The position numbers were made by a program, and so were the translations under genes. From Fibrobacteria bacterium (GTDB lineage Bacteria > Fibrobacterota > Fibrobacteria > UBA5070), in contig DATNIW010000042.1 of assembly GCA_035604215.1 (NCBI GenBank), positions 1,975 through 65,974 of the forward strand: a stretch of 64,000 nt of DNA, read 5' to 3'. Each line of letters starts with the position of its first letter. Position 1 is the stretch's first letter. The notes under the pieces were generated by a model. The model was not told the DNA's origin, did no database searches, and worked only from the letters and a program-made list of their open reading frames with translations. Positions 46,979 through 61,316 of the stretch are shown piece by piece.

Positions 46979-47758
46979 TCAGCCGAACCGGCCGGTGATG
47001 TAGTCCTCTGTCCGCTTCTGCGAGGGACTGGTGAAGATCTTCTGCGTCTGACCCGTCTCGACCATCTCCCCCATGTAGAAGAAAGCGGTCGTGTCCGAGA
47101 TCCGGGACGCCTGGTGCATGGAATGCGTCACGATCACGATGGTGTAGGTTTCCCTGAGATGCCAGATCAGTTCCTCGATCTTGGCCGTGGCGACGGGATC
47201 CAGTGCGGAGGCGGGTTCGTCCATCAGAAGCACCTGGGGATCCACCGCGATCGCCCGGGCGATGCACAGGCGCTGCTGCTGTCCCCCGGAGAGGCCCAGA
47301 CCGGACTTGGAGAGGTCGTCCTTGACTTCCTCCCACAGCGCCGCCTGGCGAAGCGACCGTTCCACGATCTCCTCGAGCCTCCTCTTGTCCTTCACGCCGT
47401 GCACCCGGGGGCCGTAGGCGACGTTCTCGAAGATGGACTTGGAGAATGGGTTCGACTTCTGGAAGATCATCCCCACCTTGCGCCGCAGAAGGACGGGGTC
47501 GACGCCCGGGGCGTAGATGTCCTCGCCGTCGATTTCGACCACGCCCGAGGTCTTCGCGGAATCGATCAGGTCGTTCATTCGGTTCAGGCAACGCAGGAAG
47601 GTGCTCTTCCCGCACCCCGAGGGGCCGATCAGCGCCGTGACACGGTTCTCCTCGATCTCGAGGTCGATGTGCCGCAGCGCGTACCTTGGGCCGTAGTGCA
47701 GATTCAGATCCGCCGCGCGGATCTTGGTCGGGGGCGAAGCAGGATGGATGGAGTCCAA
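46979..47758 (-). CDS. pstB: Phosphate ABC transporter ATP-binding protein PstB (canonical copy)
   Basis: 259 aa. [45 protein letters not shown] and a C-terminal [10 protein letters not shown]. Confidence 0.93.
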   Translation of the reverse strand: MDSIHPASPPTKIRAADLNLHYGPRYALRHIDLEIEENRVTALIGPSGCGKSTFLRCLNRMNDLIDSAKTSGVVEIDGEDIYAPGVDPVLLRRKVGMIFQKSNPFSKSIFENVAYGPRVHGVKDKRRLEEIVERSLRQAALWEEVKDDLSKSGLGLSGGQQQRLCIARAIAVDPQVLLMDEPASALDPVATAKIEELIWHLRETYTIVIVTHSMHQASRISDTTAFFYMGEMVETGQTQKIFTSPSQKRTEDYITGRFG

Positions 47759-47784
47759 GATGGTTCCGCCCCCGTTCCCGTTTC

Positions 47785-49110
47785 TTAGTACATCACCTGG
47801 ATACGGAAGTTGAGCTGGTCGTCGTCGACGTTCTTCGAGAAGTCCGTGAGCTCCTTGTAGGTGCCCGTCTTCAAGGCTCCCTGAGCCACCGTACGGCCGA
47901 CATCGCTGGACCAGCCGTCCATCGAAGGAGCATTGGTGGTCTCGTTGGCGATGAAGTCGTAGTCCAAGCTCAGCATCAGATTGGCGTTCAGGTACACGTT
48001 CACGCCGATCTTGTTGGTGACGTAGGCCAGATCCGCCGAGGAGAAGCCGGTCTTGGCGTCCACGCTGTTTCCGGAGACGTCGGTGTTGGGATCGTAGTAG
48101 TCGAAGCGGTACACCAACTGCAACTGGGGAAGCATGGCCAGCGGGTTCAGCACGCCGGTCACGTAGTAGCCCATGGCGTTGCGGATGTCGGCGTTGCCCA
48201 CGCCCAGGTAGGGCTTGAGGCTGTTGGTGGCTCCCACGACCTTGCCACCGTAGTACTCGGCCATGACCTTGGCGCTGCCGCCGAAGGGAAACTTGTACAT
48301 GGCCTGCAGATCGGCACCCACCACGTGCGCGTCCAGATCGTCGCGCATGCGTCCACCTTCCTTGGTCATCGCGCTCGACACGACCTCGCGGATGGTATCG
48401 GTGGCCGAGAGGAACATGTTGTTGTAGAACGAAACACCGCCGCTCACGCCCAGACCCAGATCCTGGGCGGAGGTGTTGAATCCGAGCCGTCCCACGATGT
48501 CCTTGGGATCCTGGTAGGAGGCGTTGATGCCCTGCCCGTTGGTCCAGCCGATCTTCGCGTTCAGGAACGGAATCTGGGCCGGATGGACGAACAGGACCAG
48601 GCCGACGTCCTTTTCTCCGTTGAAGGGACCGTTGTTCTCGAAGCGGGAGCGCTCCTGCGTCTCGATGGCGGCGGAAGAATAGGGAATTTCGAAGCCGAAG
48701 GGAATGTCCTGGAGACCGCCGCGGATTCCGAAGCTCTTGAGCCAGGGCTCTTCGAACTGCAGGAACGCGTCCTTGGAGGTGACCGCTCCGGTCTCGTCGA
48801 AGTTGGGCTGCCAGACGGCCGACACGCCGTTTCCGGCGTCGTAGGTGGTCTTGATGCGACCGCGCTTGATGGCCCAGGCACCCTGCTTGGCGGCGTTGCC
48901 GCCCGCCTCGCCGGTGTCGGTGAAATACATGTACTGGAACTGGACCAATCCGCCGACCTTGAAGTGGCTGAGCATGCCCACGGTCTTCTCGGTGCGGAGG
49001 AGGCCGCTGTTCAGGCTGTCGACCTTGACGACCAGCGAATCCGGCACGTCCGCGTAGGCTCCGGCCATTGCGGCCAGGGCCAAGGCGATGGTGATCTTGC
49101 TTCCGTTCAT
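47785..49110 (-). CDS. Outer-membrane porin, phosphate-selective porin O/P-like
   Basis: Start at [20 protein letters not shown] (signal peptide). Alternating beta-strand pattern with a C-terminal ...LNFRIQVMY aromatic end. First gene of the porin-pstB-phoU operon. Confidence 0.6.
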   Translation of the reverse strand: MNGSKITIALALAAMAGAYADVPDSLVVKVDSLNSGLLRTEKTVGMLSHFKVGGLVQFQYMYFTDTGEAGGNAAKQGAWAIKRGRIKTTYDAGNGVSAVWQPNFDETGAVTSKDAFLQFEEPWLKSFGIRGGLQDIPFGFEIPYSSAAIETQERSRFENNGPFNGEKDVGLVLFVHPAQIPFLNAKIGWTNGQGINASYQDPKDIVGRLGFNTSAQDLGLGVSGGVSFYNNMFLSATDTIREVVSSAMTKEGGRMRDDLDAHVVGADLQAMYKFPFGGSAKVMAEYYGGKVVGATNSLKPYLGVGNADIRNAMGYYVTGVLNPLAMLPQLQLVYRFDYYDPNTDVSGNSVDAKTGFSSADLAYVTNKIGVNVYLNANLMLSLDYDFIANETTNAPSMDGWSSDVGRTVAQGALKTGTYKELTDFSKNVDDDQLNFRIQVMY

Positions 49111-49172
49111 TGTTGCTCCATGGTTTATGGGAGTGTGGGCGTTCCTCTTCAGGAATCGTAAAGAGGCCAATC

Positions 49173-49194
49173 GGATGTTTCCGGGATGTTTCAG
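49173..49194. promoter_or_regulatory. Tandem 11-bp direct repeat (GGATGTTTCCG GGATGTTTCAG), candidate response-regulator (Pho-box-like) site
   Basis: Read directly. Two 9-nt identical cores spaced exactly 11 bp apart, in the divergent region between the porin operon (start 49110) and the phoB-like operon (start 49300). Confidence 0.45.
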
Positions 49195-49299
49195 GCGGGT
49201 TGCTATCGTCTCATGGTCCTGGGCGTTTCCGCAACCCTGTTCCAGCGCGGTTTCGGTGCGGTTCCCGCCATGTCCGACCGGTGCTAGATTGCCAGCGGT

Positions 49300-49995
49300 A
49301 TGGCCACCGAACGAATATTAGTCCTGGAAGACGACCCCGACATCCTGGACCTCACCGTGCACGCGCTGCGGAAGGCGGGCTACCGGACCTTCGCCGCCCG
49401 GACCGGATCGGAAGCCCTTTCCATCCTCTCCGACGAGCGCCTGGAGCTCGCCATCCTGGACGTCATGCTCCCCGACCTCCCGGGCACCGAGATCTGTCGC
49501 CGCATGCGGGAATCCGAGCGCCATCGCGCCGTTCCCGTGGTGTTCCTCACCGCCCGCACCGAAGAGCACGACCGCATCTACGGCTTCTCCGTGGGAGGGG
49601 ACGACTACGTCGCCAAGCCGTTCTCCCCCCGGGAACTGGTGGCGCGCATCCAGGCCATCCTGCGCCGGACCACCGGGTCCATCTCCGGCGAGCGCCTGCG
49701 GGTGGGCGACCTCGCGGTGGACCTCGATCGACGCCAGGTGCACATCGGAGAATCGCCGGTGAACCTCACCTTCAAGGAATTCGAGGTGCTGCGCGCGCTG
49801 GTGGTGGCCAAGGGCCGTGCCGTCGAAAGGCTCCACCTCCTGGAGGAGGTCTGGGGCATGGAAAGCACTTCGGGTCCCCGTTCCGTGGACGTCGCCATCA
49901 CGCGATTGCGGGAGAAGCTCGGGACCTACTCCAAGTGCGTGCATACCGTGACGGGATTGGGCTACCAATGGGATCCGGATCGCTGGGAGGTGTAG
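49300..49995 (+). CDS. OmpR/PhoB-family response regulator
   Basis: 231 aa. REC domain (ILVLEDD...LAILDVMLPDLPG...KPF) plus a winged-helix domain (LTFKEFEVLRALV...VDVAITRLREKL...VTGLGYQW). Confidence 0.88.
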   Translation: MATERILVLEDDPDILDLTVHALRKAGYRTFAARTGSEALSILSDERLELAILDVMLPDLPGTEICRRMRESERHRAVPVVFLTARTEEHDRIYGFSVGGDDYVAKPFSPRELVARIQAILRRTTGSISGERLRVGDLAVDLDRRQVHIGESPVNLTFKEFEVLRALVVAKGRAVERLHLLEEVWGMESTSGPRSVDVAITRLREKLGTYSKCVHTVTGLGYQWDPDRWEV

Positions 49996-49997
49996 CG

Positions 49998-50198
49998 ATG
50001 GAGATCCAGCTCAACGGGGACCCGAAGCGGATCGACGGGAATCCCGACATCCTGGCGCTGGTCGGGTCCATGGGATTGGATCCGCAGTGGGTGGTGGTCG
50101 AACACAATCTGCAGGCCCTGGACCGGTCCAGATGGGGCGCGACTCCGCTGGCGGAGGGGGACCAGGTCGAGATCGTCCGATTCATGGGTGGCGGCTGA
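49998..50198 (+). CDS. thiS: ThiS/MoaD-family ubiquitin-like sulfur-carrier protein
   Basis: 66 aa: MEIQLNGDPKRIDG...VVVEHNLQALDRSRWGATPLAEGDQVEIVRFMGGG, with a C-terminal GG. Last part of ORF 49110..50198. Confidence 0.75.
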   Translation: MEIQLNGDPKRIDGNPDILALVGSMGLDPQWVVVEHNLQALDRSRWGATPLAEGDQVEIVRFMGGG

Positions 50199-50207
50199 GC
50201 CGCAAGG

Positions 50208-51032
50208 ATGGCTGAGCGCCGGATCCGGTCCGTTCCCTTCTCCGTACGGACCGCCGATTTCGTGGCGAGCGCGGTCCTGCGTTCGGGGGGCTGGGTCGCC
50301 CCCTTGGTGCTGGCGTCCAGCGCGGCATGGCTGGTGGCGCAGGCGCTCGGAAACGGAAAACCCGGTGGATGGAACCGGGTCCTGGGATGGGTGGCGGGTT
50401 CCGCGGCGCTCGGGACCTCCGGAGTCCTGCTCGCCGCCGGACCGGCGATCGCCGTCGCGCTTCTTTCGCGGCACATCCGCGCCAGCTCCATCATCCGTTC
50501 GACCGCGGCGCTTCCCCTGGTCGTTCCCGCCTTCGTGCTCCTGCACCTGGCAGCGCCCTGGATCGCCCAAACCACCGGACTTCCCGTCCGGAATCCCGCC
50601 TGGGCGGTGCTGGCGCTGGCCTGGGGGATGGGAATGCCGCTGTGGCTCTCCTTCTCCGACGCGCTGGACCGCAAGACCTTCCAGTCCTGGACCGAAGGGG
50701 CTCTCGCCCTGGGAGCGCACCCTGCGCAGATCCTGACAAACCTGTCCCTGCCCGCGGCCCGCCCGGGCCTCCTGGCCGCCCTGCTCCGCGCCGTGGCCCG
50801 CGCTTCCGGGGAGACCATGGCGGTGCTCCTGGTGTCCGGAGGCTTCTCCCCCACCGGCGGCTCCCCCACCGCCGGTGTCGCCCTGGTGCGGGATCTTCCC
50901 GAGGCGATCCCGCACGGCGATCTCTGGTGCGATCTGATGCGCGGCGCATTGCTCCTGAGCCTTTGGGCCATGGCCCTGCACGCCATCGCGCAGCGTCTGG
51001 ATCCGCGCTGGATCGACACGGAGGCGGAATGA
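50208..51032 (+). CDS. pstC: Phosphate ABC transporter permease PstC-like
   Basis: 274 aa. EGALALGAHPAQILTNLSLPAARPGLLAALLRAVARASGETMAVLLVSG is a PstC-type EAA loop with GETMAV. Confidence 0.75.
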   Translation: MAERRIRSVPFSVRTADFVASAVLRSGGWVAPLVLASSAAWLVAQALGNGKPGGWNRVLGWVAGSAALGTSGVLLAAGPAIAVALLSRHIRASSIIRSTAALPLVVPAFVLLHLAAPWIAQTTGLPVRNPAWAVLALAWGMGMPLWLSFSDALDRKTFQSWTEGALALGAHPAQILTNLSLPAARPGLLAALLRAVARASGETMAVLLVSGGFSPTGGSPTAGVALVRDLPEAIPHGDLWCDLMRGALLLSLWAMALHAIAQRLDPRWIDTEAE

Positions 51033-52435
51033 AATTCCCCGCCCGATCGGCGCTCGCCCTGCTGGTGGTGCTCCTGGCCCTGCCCGTGCTGGCCCTCCTT
51101 TGCGACACCGCAAGACTCCTGGTTCCCCCGTCGCCGCGAATCGCGCGTCTGCGCGACGGTTCCCGGATCCTGGCCATTCCCCTACCGCCCAGCCGACCGG
51201 AGAGGGCCCGAGGCGTCCAGCCCGCCCTCCTCGGCGACGGGTCCATCCGGGTCCTGGAGGGGATGCCGTCCTCCCTGTCCGTGGACACGGAAGCCTGGTT
51301 GGTCCGCCGAGACGACGGTCCCCTCCTCATGGGTCGGCTGTCCGGCGTGGTGACCGAGGACGGGGACACCTTGAGGGGACCATCGGCGCGGCAGGCGCTG
51401 GAGGAGATGCCGTCGCGCCTGGGGGGCGACCGGAACCGGCTCGCGCGTCGGATTCCGACCGACGGCGGCAAGATGCGGCCGGGACAGGCAGCCCGGAGCT
51501 TGGCCCTGTTCGATGCGGAAGACCGCCGGGTGGTGGGCCTGTTCTCCGACCTGGACGGGACCGTGCGCCCCGCGCGCCTCTCCTCGATCCGGGATGCGGA
51601 ACGCGCTCCGTCCGGATTACTTGACGGAATCCGTCAAACCGTTCCGCACCTCGGGCGCCTGCTCCTGGAAGCCCCCGACGCGTGGGATGGAGGGGGACTG
51701 GAGCCAGTCGTGGCGGGGACCCTGGCGCTGGTCCTGCTCTCCGGCCTGGTGGGGGGGCTGCCCGCGCTCCTGGCCGCGCTGCAGCTCGCGGACCGCACCG
51801 ATCCAGGTCTGCGCACGAGATGGGTTCGCAGCTCCTCCGAATGGTTCGCGGCGGTTCCGGGCGTGGTCTGGGGCGTGATCGGGGCGGGAGTGCTGGTGGG
51901 CGGCATGGGCGTCCACCTGGACTCGATCTTCGCCTCGGGGGTCCGTTGGGGAACGGGAGGCATGCTCTGGGGAGCGATCACCTTGGGGGCGCTCTCCGCC
52001 CCCGTCACCCTGGCCAGGGCGATGTCCGCCATCGACCGGGTCCCCCGTTCCTGGAGGGAGATCGCGCGATCCTGCGGTGCGACCAGGTGGCAGGTCCTGC
52101 GCCGGGTGATCCTACCCGCCTCGGCCAGGGGATTGGTCGGGGCGTGGTTTTCGGGACTGGCGCGCGCGGCCGGGGAGACGGCCCCGCTCTTCCTGGTGGG
52201 AGCGGCCCGCGCCATCGGACGGTCCGGAGTCGGATCCGCACCGGCTCCGTCCCTGTCCGGAGGCTTCCTCCATCTGGGCGTGCTCGCCTGCGATCCTCCC
52301 TGGCCACCCTCGGACGGGGAGTTGGGCCGACCCCTGGCGTTCTTGTCGCTTTCCCTCCTCGCCCTGCTCTGCGTGGGCCTGGAATACGCCGCCGTGAGGT
52401 TGCTTCTGCGCCGGGAACCGGAGATCACCCGATGA
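51029..52435 (+). CDS. pstA: Phosphate ABC transporter permease PstA-like with long N-terminal extracytoplasmic domain
   Basis: ATGA overlap with pstC; 468 aa. One N-terminal TM, then a ~230-aa domain, then EIARSCGATRWQVLRRVILPASARGLVGAWFSGLARAAGETAPLFLVG. Confidence 0.75.
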   Translation: MKFPARSALALLVVLLALPVLALLCDTARLLVPPSPRIARLRDGSRILAIPLPPSRPERARGVQPALLGDGSIRVLEGMPSSLSVDTEAWLVRRDDGPLLMGRLSGVVTEDGDTLRGPSARQALEEMPSRLGGDRNRLARRIPTDGGKMRPGQAARSLALFDAEDRRVVGLFSDLDGTVRPARLSSIRDAERAPSGLLDGIRQTVPHLGRLLLEAPDAWDGGGLEPVVAGTLALVLLSGLVGGLPALLAALQLADRTDPGLRTRWVRSSSEWFAAVPGVVWGVIGAGVLVGGMGVHLDSIFASGVRWGTGGMLWGAITLGALSAPVTLARAMSAIDRVPRSWREIARSCGATRWQVLRRVILPASARGLVGAWFSGLARAAGETAPLFLVGAARAIGRSGVGSAPAPSLSGGFLHLGVLACDPPWPPSDGELGRPLAFLSLSLLALLCVGLEYAAVRLLLRREPEITR

Positions 52436-53223
52436 TCCACCCGGCCCTGCACCCGAACGACCCCGGCGACGTGGTGCACGTGGAGTTCCGCGGGTGGACG
52501 GTCCGCTCCGCGGGTCGGGATCTGTTGCGGTGGATCGACCTGGGAATCCCCAAGGGCCGGATCGTCGCCCTGGTGGGTCCGGCCGGATCCGGCAAGAGCG
52601 TTCTCCTGTCTTCCGTCAACCGCCTTCTCGCCGGTCGACCCGGCGTGGAGACCAGCGGGGGCGTGTTCCTCGACAAGGATCCCCTCTGGGGCCGGGGCGT
52701 GGACGACCTTTCCCTGAAGCGCCGGACGGGCACCGTGTTCCGCGACGCCGCGGTCCTGCCCGGATCCGTCCATCGCAACGTCGCTTTTCCCCTCCTCCTG
52801 GACGGATGGAAACCCGGGCCCCGGCTGGACGACGCCGTGGAAGCGGCGTTGCGGTCCATCTCGGCCTGGGACCGCCTGCGCGACCACCTGCACCGGCCCG
52901 CACAGGGCCTTCGCGCGGGAATGCGCCAACTGGTGAACCTGGCCCGCGCCGCCGTGGGCCAACCCGAGGTCCTCCTGCTGGACGAACCCTGCGGCGACCT
53001 GGATCCCCGGGAGACGGAAATCGTCGAGCGCGCGCTCCTGGATCTTTCCGGCTCCCGCACCGTGATGCTCGCCACCCACAACCTCGCCCAGGCGTCCCGC
53101 CTGCCGCACCGCGTGGCCTTCCTGCTGGACGGCAAGCTGGAGGAGTACGGCCCCACCGACCGCGTCTTCCAGCGCCCGATGCGGGGCAGCACCGAGGACT
53201 ACCTTTCGGGCCGATTCGGATAG
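52432..53223 (+). CDS. PstB paralogue with degenerate ABC signature and Q-loop
   Basis: ATGA overlap with pstA; 263 aa. Walker A GPAGSGKS, Walker B LLLDEP and a PstB-like tail TEDYLSGRFG are kept. The signature reads LRAGMRQ (not LSGGQQQ) and the Q-loop position reads TVFRD (Q to R). Confidence 0.8.
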   Translation: MIHPALHPNDPGDVVHVEFRGWTVRSAGRDLLRWIDLGIPKGRIVALVGPAGSGKSVLLSSVNRLLAGRPGVETSGGVFLDKDPLWGRGVDDLSLKRRTGTVFRDAAVLPGSVHRNVAFPLLLDGWKPGPRLDDAVEAALRSISAWDRLRDHLHRPAQGLRAGMRQLVNLARAAVGQPEVLLLDEPCGDLDPRETEIVERALLDLSGSRTVMLATHNLAQASRLPHRVAFLLDGKLEEYGPTDRVFQRPMRGSTEDYLSGRFG

Positions 53224-53238
53224 GGTTCCCACTCAAGA

Positions 53239-53892
53239 ATGTCGAAACAAACAGCAGACGAATTGCGCCAACTCGCTTCCCTCCTGGAACGGCAGGGCGA
53301 GCGGGTCCTCCGGCAGGCGACGGCGGCCTGTTCCATCTTGACGAATTCCGTTTCCAAGCCCGCGGACCCCAAGGCGCTGGAGGACGACATCGATCGCGAG
53401 GAGGTGGTCCTGGAAGAGGAATGCCTCCGCATCATGGCCCTGCACCATCCCGTCGGTGGCGACCTGCGCGCCCTGGTCACGGTGCTGCGTGCCAACGGGG
53501 ACCTGGAGCGCATCGCCGACCACGCCCTGAGCGTCCTGGAGGCGTCGCCCAACCTGTCCGGTCCCGTCGGGGACGCGCTTTCCCTGCTGTCCTCCCGCAT
53601 CCTGTCCATGCTGGGCCGCTCCCTCCACGCCCTGAGGGAACGGGATTCGCGGGTCGCCCAGTCGGTGCTGGACGAATCGCCTTCCATGCGGTCGCTCTCC
53701 AGGGCCACGTGGGGCAACGCCCGGACCCGCGCCGGTAGCGGCGACGCCTCGGACATCGACCATTCCTTCCTCGAGATCCGCATCGGGCAGGACCTCAGGC
53801 GCATCGGGGATCTCGCCTGCAACCTCGCCGAGGACGTGCTCTACTGGGAAGACGGAAAGATCGTGCGGCACGGAGGCGTGGTGGGGTCCTAG
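53239..53892 (+). CDS. PhoU-family protein (copy 2)
   Basis: 217 aa with DLERIADHALSVLE and DLRRIGDLACNLAED motifs. Confidence 0.8.
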   Translation: MSKQTADELRQLASLLERQGERVLRQATAACSILTNSVSKPADPKALEDDIDREEVVLEEECLRIMALHHPVGGDLRALVTVLRANGDLERIADHALSVLEASPNLSGPVGDALSLLSSRILSMLGRSLHALRERDSRVAQSVLDESPSMRSLSRATWGNARTRAGSGDASDIDHSFLEIRIGQDLRRIGDLACNLAEDVLYWEDGKIVRHGGVVGS

Positions 53893-53950
53893 GGATCGGA
53901 ATTGTGATATCATCGGGTTCGCTGGTTCCCCGCAAACCGGAGCCAAGTGC

Positions 53951-56514
<2,564 letters not shown>

Positions 56515-56518
<4 letters not shown>

Positions 56519-57621
56519 ACGGCAGGATCCTGGCGGTCGACGACAACGTGGACAACCTGAGGCTCCTGGAGAGCATCCTCTCGGTGGACGGCCACGAGGT
56601 GCGGGCCGCCCTGAACGGCGAGACGGCCTTGCGCGCCCTGTCCGCGGGATTCGCCGAGCTCGTGCTGCTCGACGTCAGCATGCCGGGCATGGACGGATAC
56701 GAGGTCTGCCGGCGCATGAAGGCCGATCCCGGCATGGCGCAGGTCCCGGTCCTCTTCCTCAGCGCGCACCAGGATCTGGACGCGAAGCTGGAAGGGTTCG
56801 AGGCGGGGGGCCAGGATTACGTGACCAAGCCCTTCCTGGCGGCGGAAGTCCTGGCCCGCGTGCGGATGCACCTGAGGGTCGCCCGCGCGGAGCGGGACCT
56901 GGTGGAGAACATGGGTCGCCTTCGGGAACTGGAGCGTCTGCGCGACGATCTCGTGCACCTGGTCGTGCACGACATGCGGTCCCCCCTGACGGGAATCTGC
57001 GGGAACCTGGAACTGGCGGCCATGGAAGCGCAGAGCCTGGGACACGAAAAGCTCGGCAACCGGATCCGGAAGGCGGTCGATTCCGCCATGGCCTTGAACA
57101 ACCTCTCCAACACCATGCTCGACTTGAGCCGTCTGGAAGAAAAGAGGATGCCCGTCTCCATCGAGCCCTGCGACGCGGCGGAGCTCGCCCGGCAAGCCTG
57201 GGCGAGACTCGGTTCGACGGTGGAACACCATTTCCTGGAACTGGGGGGTGCGCTCGGACCCGGAACGCTCCATTGCGACAGGGATCTGACCTTGCGCATC
57301 CTCCAGAACCTCGTCTCCAACGCCGTCCACCATGCCCCGTTCGAAACGACGATCGGAATCCGCTGCCGTCCTGGAACCGGACGGACCCGGGTGGAGATCC
57401 TGGACCACGGGCGTGGCGTTCCGGAAGGCCAGCGCGGGACGGTTTTCGAGAAGTTCCGGCAGGTGGAGGAGCACAGGAAGACCGGCTACCATTCGTCCGG
57501 ACTGGGGCTGACCTTCTGCAAGCTGGCGGTGGAAGCCCAGGGCGGGGAGATCGGGGTGGAGAACGCGCCCGGCGCTGGTGCCCTGTTCTGGTTCACCCTG
57601 CCGCAGCCCACCCAATCGTAG
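56515..57621 (+). CDS. REC-domain-containing histidine kinase (response regulator/HK fusion)
   Basis: ATGA overlap with the upstream HK; 368 aa. REC domain (ILAVDDN...LLDVSMPGMDG...KPF), H-box VHDMRSPLTGI, then NAVHHAP, DHGRGV and SGLGLTFC. Confidence 0.85.
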
Positions 57622-57689
57622 GGACCCCACCGCACCGTCCGATTGGTACCTTTCCCGGCCTTTCCACGGAACCACCAAAGGAACCCTCC

Positions 57690-57983
57690 ATGGCCGCACC
57701 GAACCAGTCCCTCGTCGAGTCCCTGAGCTCCATGCTCCCTCTCTTCCTGGTCTTCGGCGGCGCCATGTGGTTCTTGTCCATCCGCCCGGCCATGAAAAAG
57801 CAGAAGGAAGCGGACCAGCTCCAGAAGAACCTCAAGAAGGGAGACCGCGTTCTGACCCAGGCGGGATTCTTCGCCGAGGTCGAGAAGGTCCAGGAGAACG
57901 GCAACGTGGTCCTGCGCCTTTCCGAGACCGTGAAGCTGGAGTTCCAGCGCCAGGCCATCGTGTCCAAGGTCCAGGAGGGGTAG
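57690..57983 (+). CDS. yajC: Preprotein translocase subunit YajC
   Basis: 97 aa: LPLFLVFGGAMWFLSIRPAMKKQKEADQLQKNLKKGDRVLTQAGFFAEV. Confidence 0.88.
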   Translation: MAAPNQSLVESLSSMLPLFLVFGGAMWFLSIRPAMKKQKEADQLQKNLKKGDRVLTQAGFFAEVEKVQENGNVVLRLSETVKLEFQRQAIVSKVQEG

Positions 57984-57985
57984 GC

Positions 57986-58510
57986 ATGGCGGTGCTTCGG
58001 GTATTGACCTGGGGTGATCCGGTCCTGCGCAAGATCTCGCGCCCCGTGGAACCCGAGGAGTTCGACGACGCCTTCCGCGCCTGGTGCGACGACCTGGTCG
58101 AAACCATGTACGAGGCCGACGGCGTGGGTCTGGCCGCGGTGCAGGTGGGACGGCCCCTCCGGGTGCTGGCAGTGGACACCGAGTTCCGGGAGGGCGGATC
58201 CAAGACACCCGTCGTCTACGTGAATCCGGTCCTGGAACCGGCGGCTCCCGATTGCATCATGGACGAGGGTTGCCTGTCCGTCCCGGGCGTCCGCGGAAAG
58301 GTCAGCCGTCCCGAGAAGGTGAACGTCTCCTGGCAGGACGTTCATAGGAATTTCCACCGGAGGGAAGGCCTGGAGGGGTTGGAGGCGCGCTGCCTTCTGC
58401 ACGAGATGGACCATCTGGAGGGAATCCTGTTCGTGGACAAGATCTCGCCCGTCGCGCGGAGCCTGGTCCAGGGCAAGTTGCGCAAGCTCGCGCAGACCTC
58501 CGGGAGGTGA
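57986..58510 (+). CDS. def: Peptide deformylase
   Basis: 174 aa with GVGLAAVQVG, EGCLSVPG and HEMDHLEG motifs. Confidence 0.93.
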   Translation: MAVLRVLTWGDPVLRKISRPVEPEEFDDAFRAWCDDLVETMYEADGVGLAAVQVGRPLRVLAVDTEFREGGSKTPVVYVNPVLEPAAPDCIMDEGCLSVPGVRGKVSRPEKVNVSWQDVHRNFHRREGLEGLEARCLLHEMDHLEGILFVDKISPVARSLVQGKLRKLAQTSGR

Positions 58511-59732
58511 TCCTCCTTCTCGGAGCCGCGGCGGCGCTGACCCTGGGCTTCGATCCCCCCGACGAGGCCCGACGGCTTCTCGCCCAACCTCCTCCCGTCG
58601 CGGACACGACAGCGGAGCGCCAGGTGCGGGTCGAGGTGTACGAAGGGGCCGGGCCGTTGGAGCTTCGACTGAAGGGCTCCTGGCAGGTGGTGGGGAACGC
58701 CGATCCGGGACGGATCCCGGACGGGTCCGTCCTCCGCGTCCGCCGGAAAGGCGAAGGGGTGGCGATTTCCTGGCCGTCCGGATCGGCGGAATCCACCGAG
58801 GTGGCCGTCGGGGGTGGAGACAGGTTCTGCATCGGAACCAAGTGCTTCCGCGGCGAGGTCCACGTGGTCCCCTGCGGTTCCGGTCTGGCCGTCGTGGACC
58901 ACCTGGGATTGGAGGACTACCTGCTGGGGGTGGTGCCCGGCGAGATCGGCCGCAAGCTGGACCCCCGCTTCTTCGAGGCGGCGAAGGCGCAGGCGGTGGT
59001 GGCCCGCACCTACACCCTGCGCTCCCTGGGCCAATACTCCGGAAAGGCCTGGGATCTGCGCAACGACACCCGCGACCAGGTCTACGATGGGGCGTCCGGA
59101 GAGGACAGTCTCTGCTCGCGCGCGGTGCGGGAAACCTCGGGGCAGATCCTGACGGATTCCGGAGGGCACCCCATCGACGCCTACTACCACTCCGGCTCCG
59201 GAGGCCACACCGCCAGCATCCGGGACGTCTGGCCGCAGAAGCCGGTCCAGCCCTACCTGTGCGGCGTGCCCGACACAGCTCCCGACGGGAGGGCCTGGGG
59301 CGGAGCCGCGCCCACCGGATCGTGGACGGAAACCTGGCCCGCGGCGGAATTGAACCGGGCGGTGCGACGGGATCTGTCCGAGGCAATGGGGCGGACCGTG
59401 GATCCCGGCGAGGTCCGGTCGCTGCGCCTGGAGGGGCGCGACTCCTCCGGCAGGGCCGCCAAGCTGGTGGTGGAGGCGAAGAACGGCACCTTCGAGGTGA
59501 CGGGAGACCGCATCCGCTGGGCGCTGCGGCGCCACGGCGAAGGGAGGCCCATCCTCCGCAGCACCCGATTCGAACTGAAGCGGGAGGACGGCAGGTACGT
59601 CGCCGAGGGGACCGGGAACGGCCACGGCGTGGGACTTTCCCAGAACGGGGCCATGGGCCGAGCCTGGGCGGGCCAGAACTGCTCGCAGATCCTGTCCGCC
59701 TACTATCCCGGAACCTTCCAGAGGAGCCTTCC

Positions 59733-59736
<4 letters not shown>
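58507..59736 (+). CDS. SpoIID/LytB domain protein
   Basis: 409 aa; GTGA overlap with def. LEDYLLGVVPGEIG, AQAVVARTY, YHSGSGGHT and GHGVGLSQNGA. Confidence 0.85.

Positions 59737-61316
<1,580 letters not shown>

Noticed and set aside
49285-49290. TAGATT as a -10 element for the phoB-like gene
   Set aside because: It lies only ~10 nt upstream of the ATG, which would imply a leaderless transcript. This is possible, but there is no supporting -35, so it is not reported as a feature.
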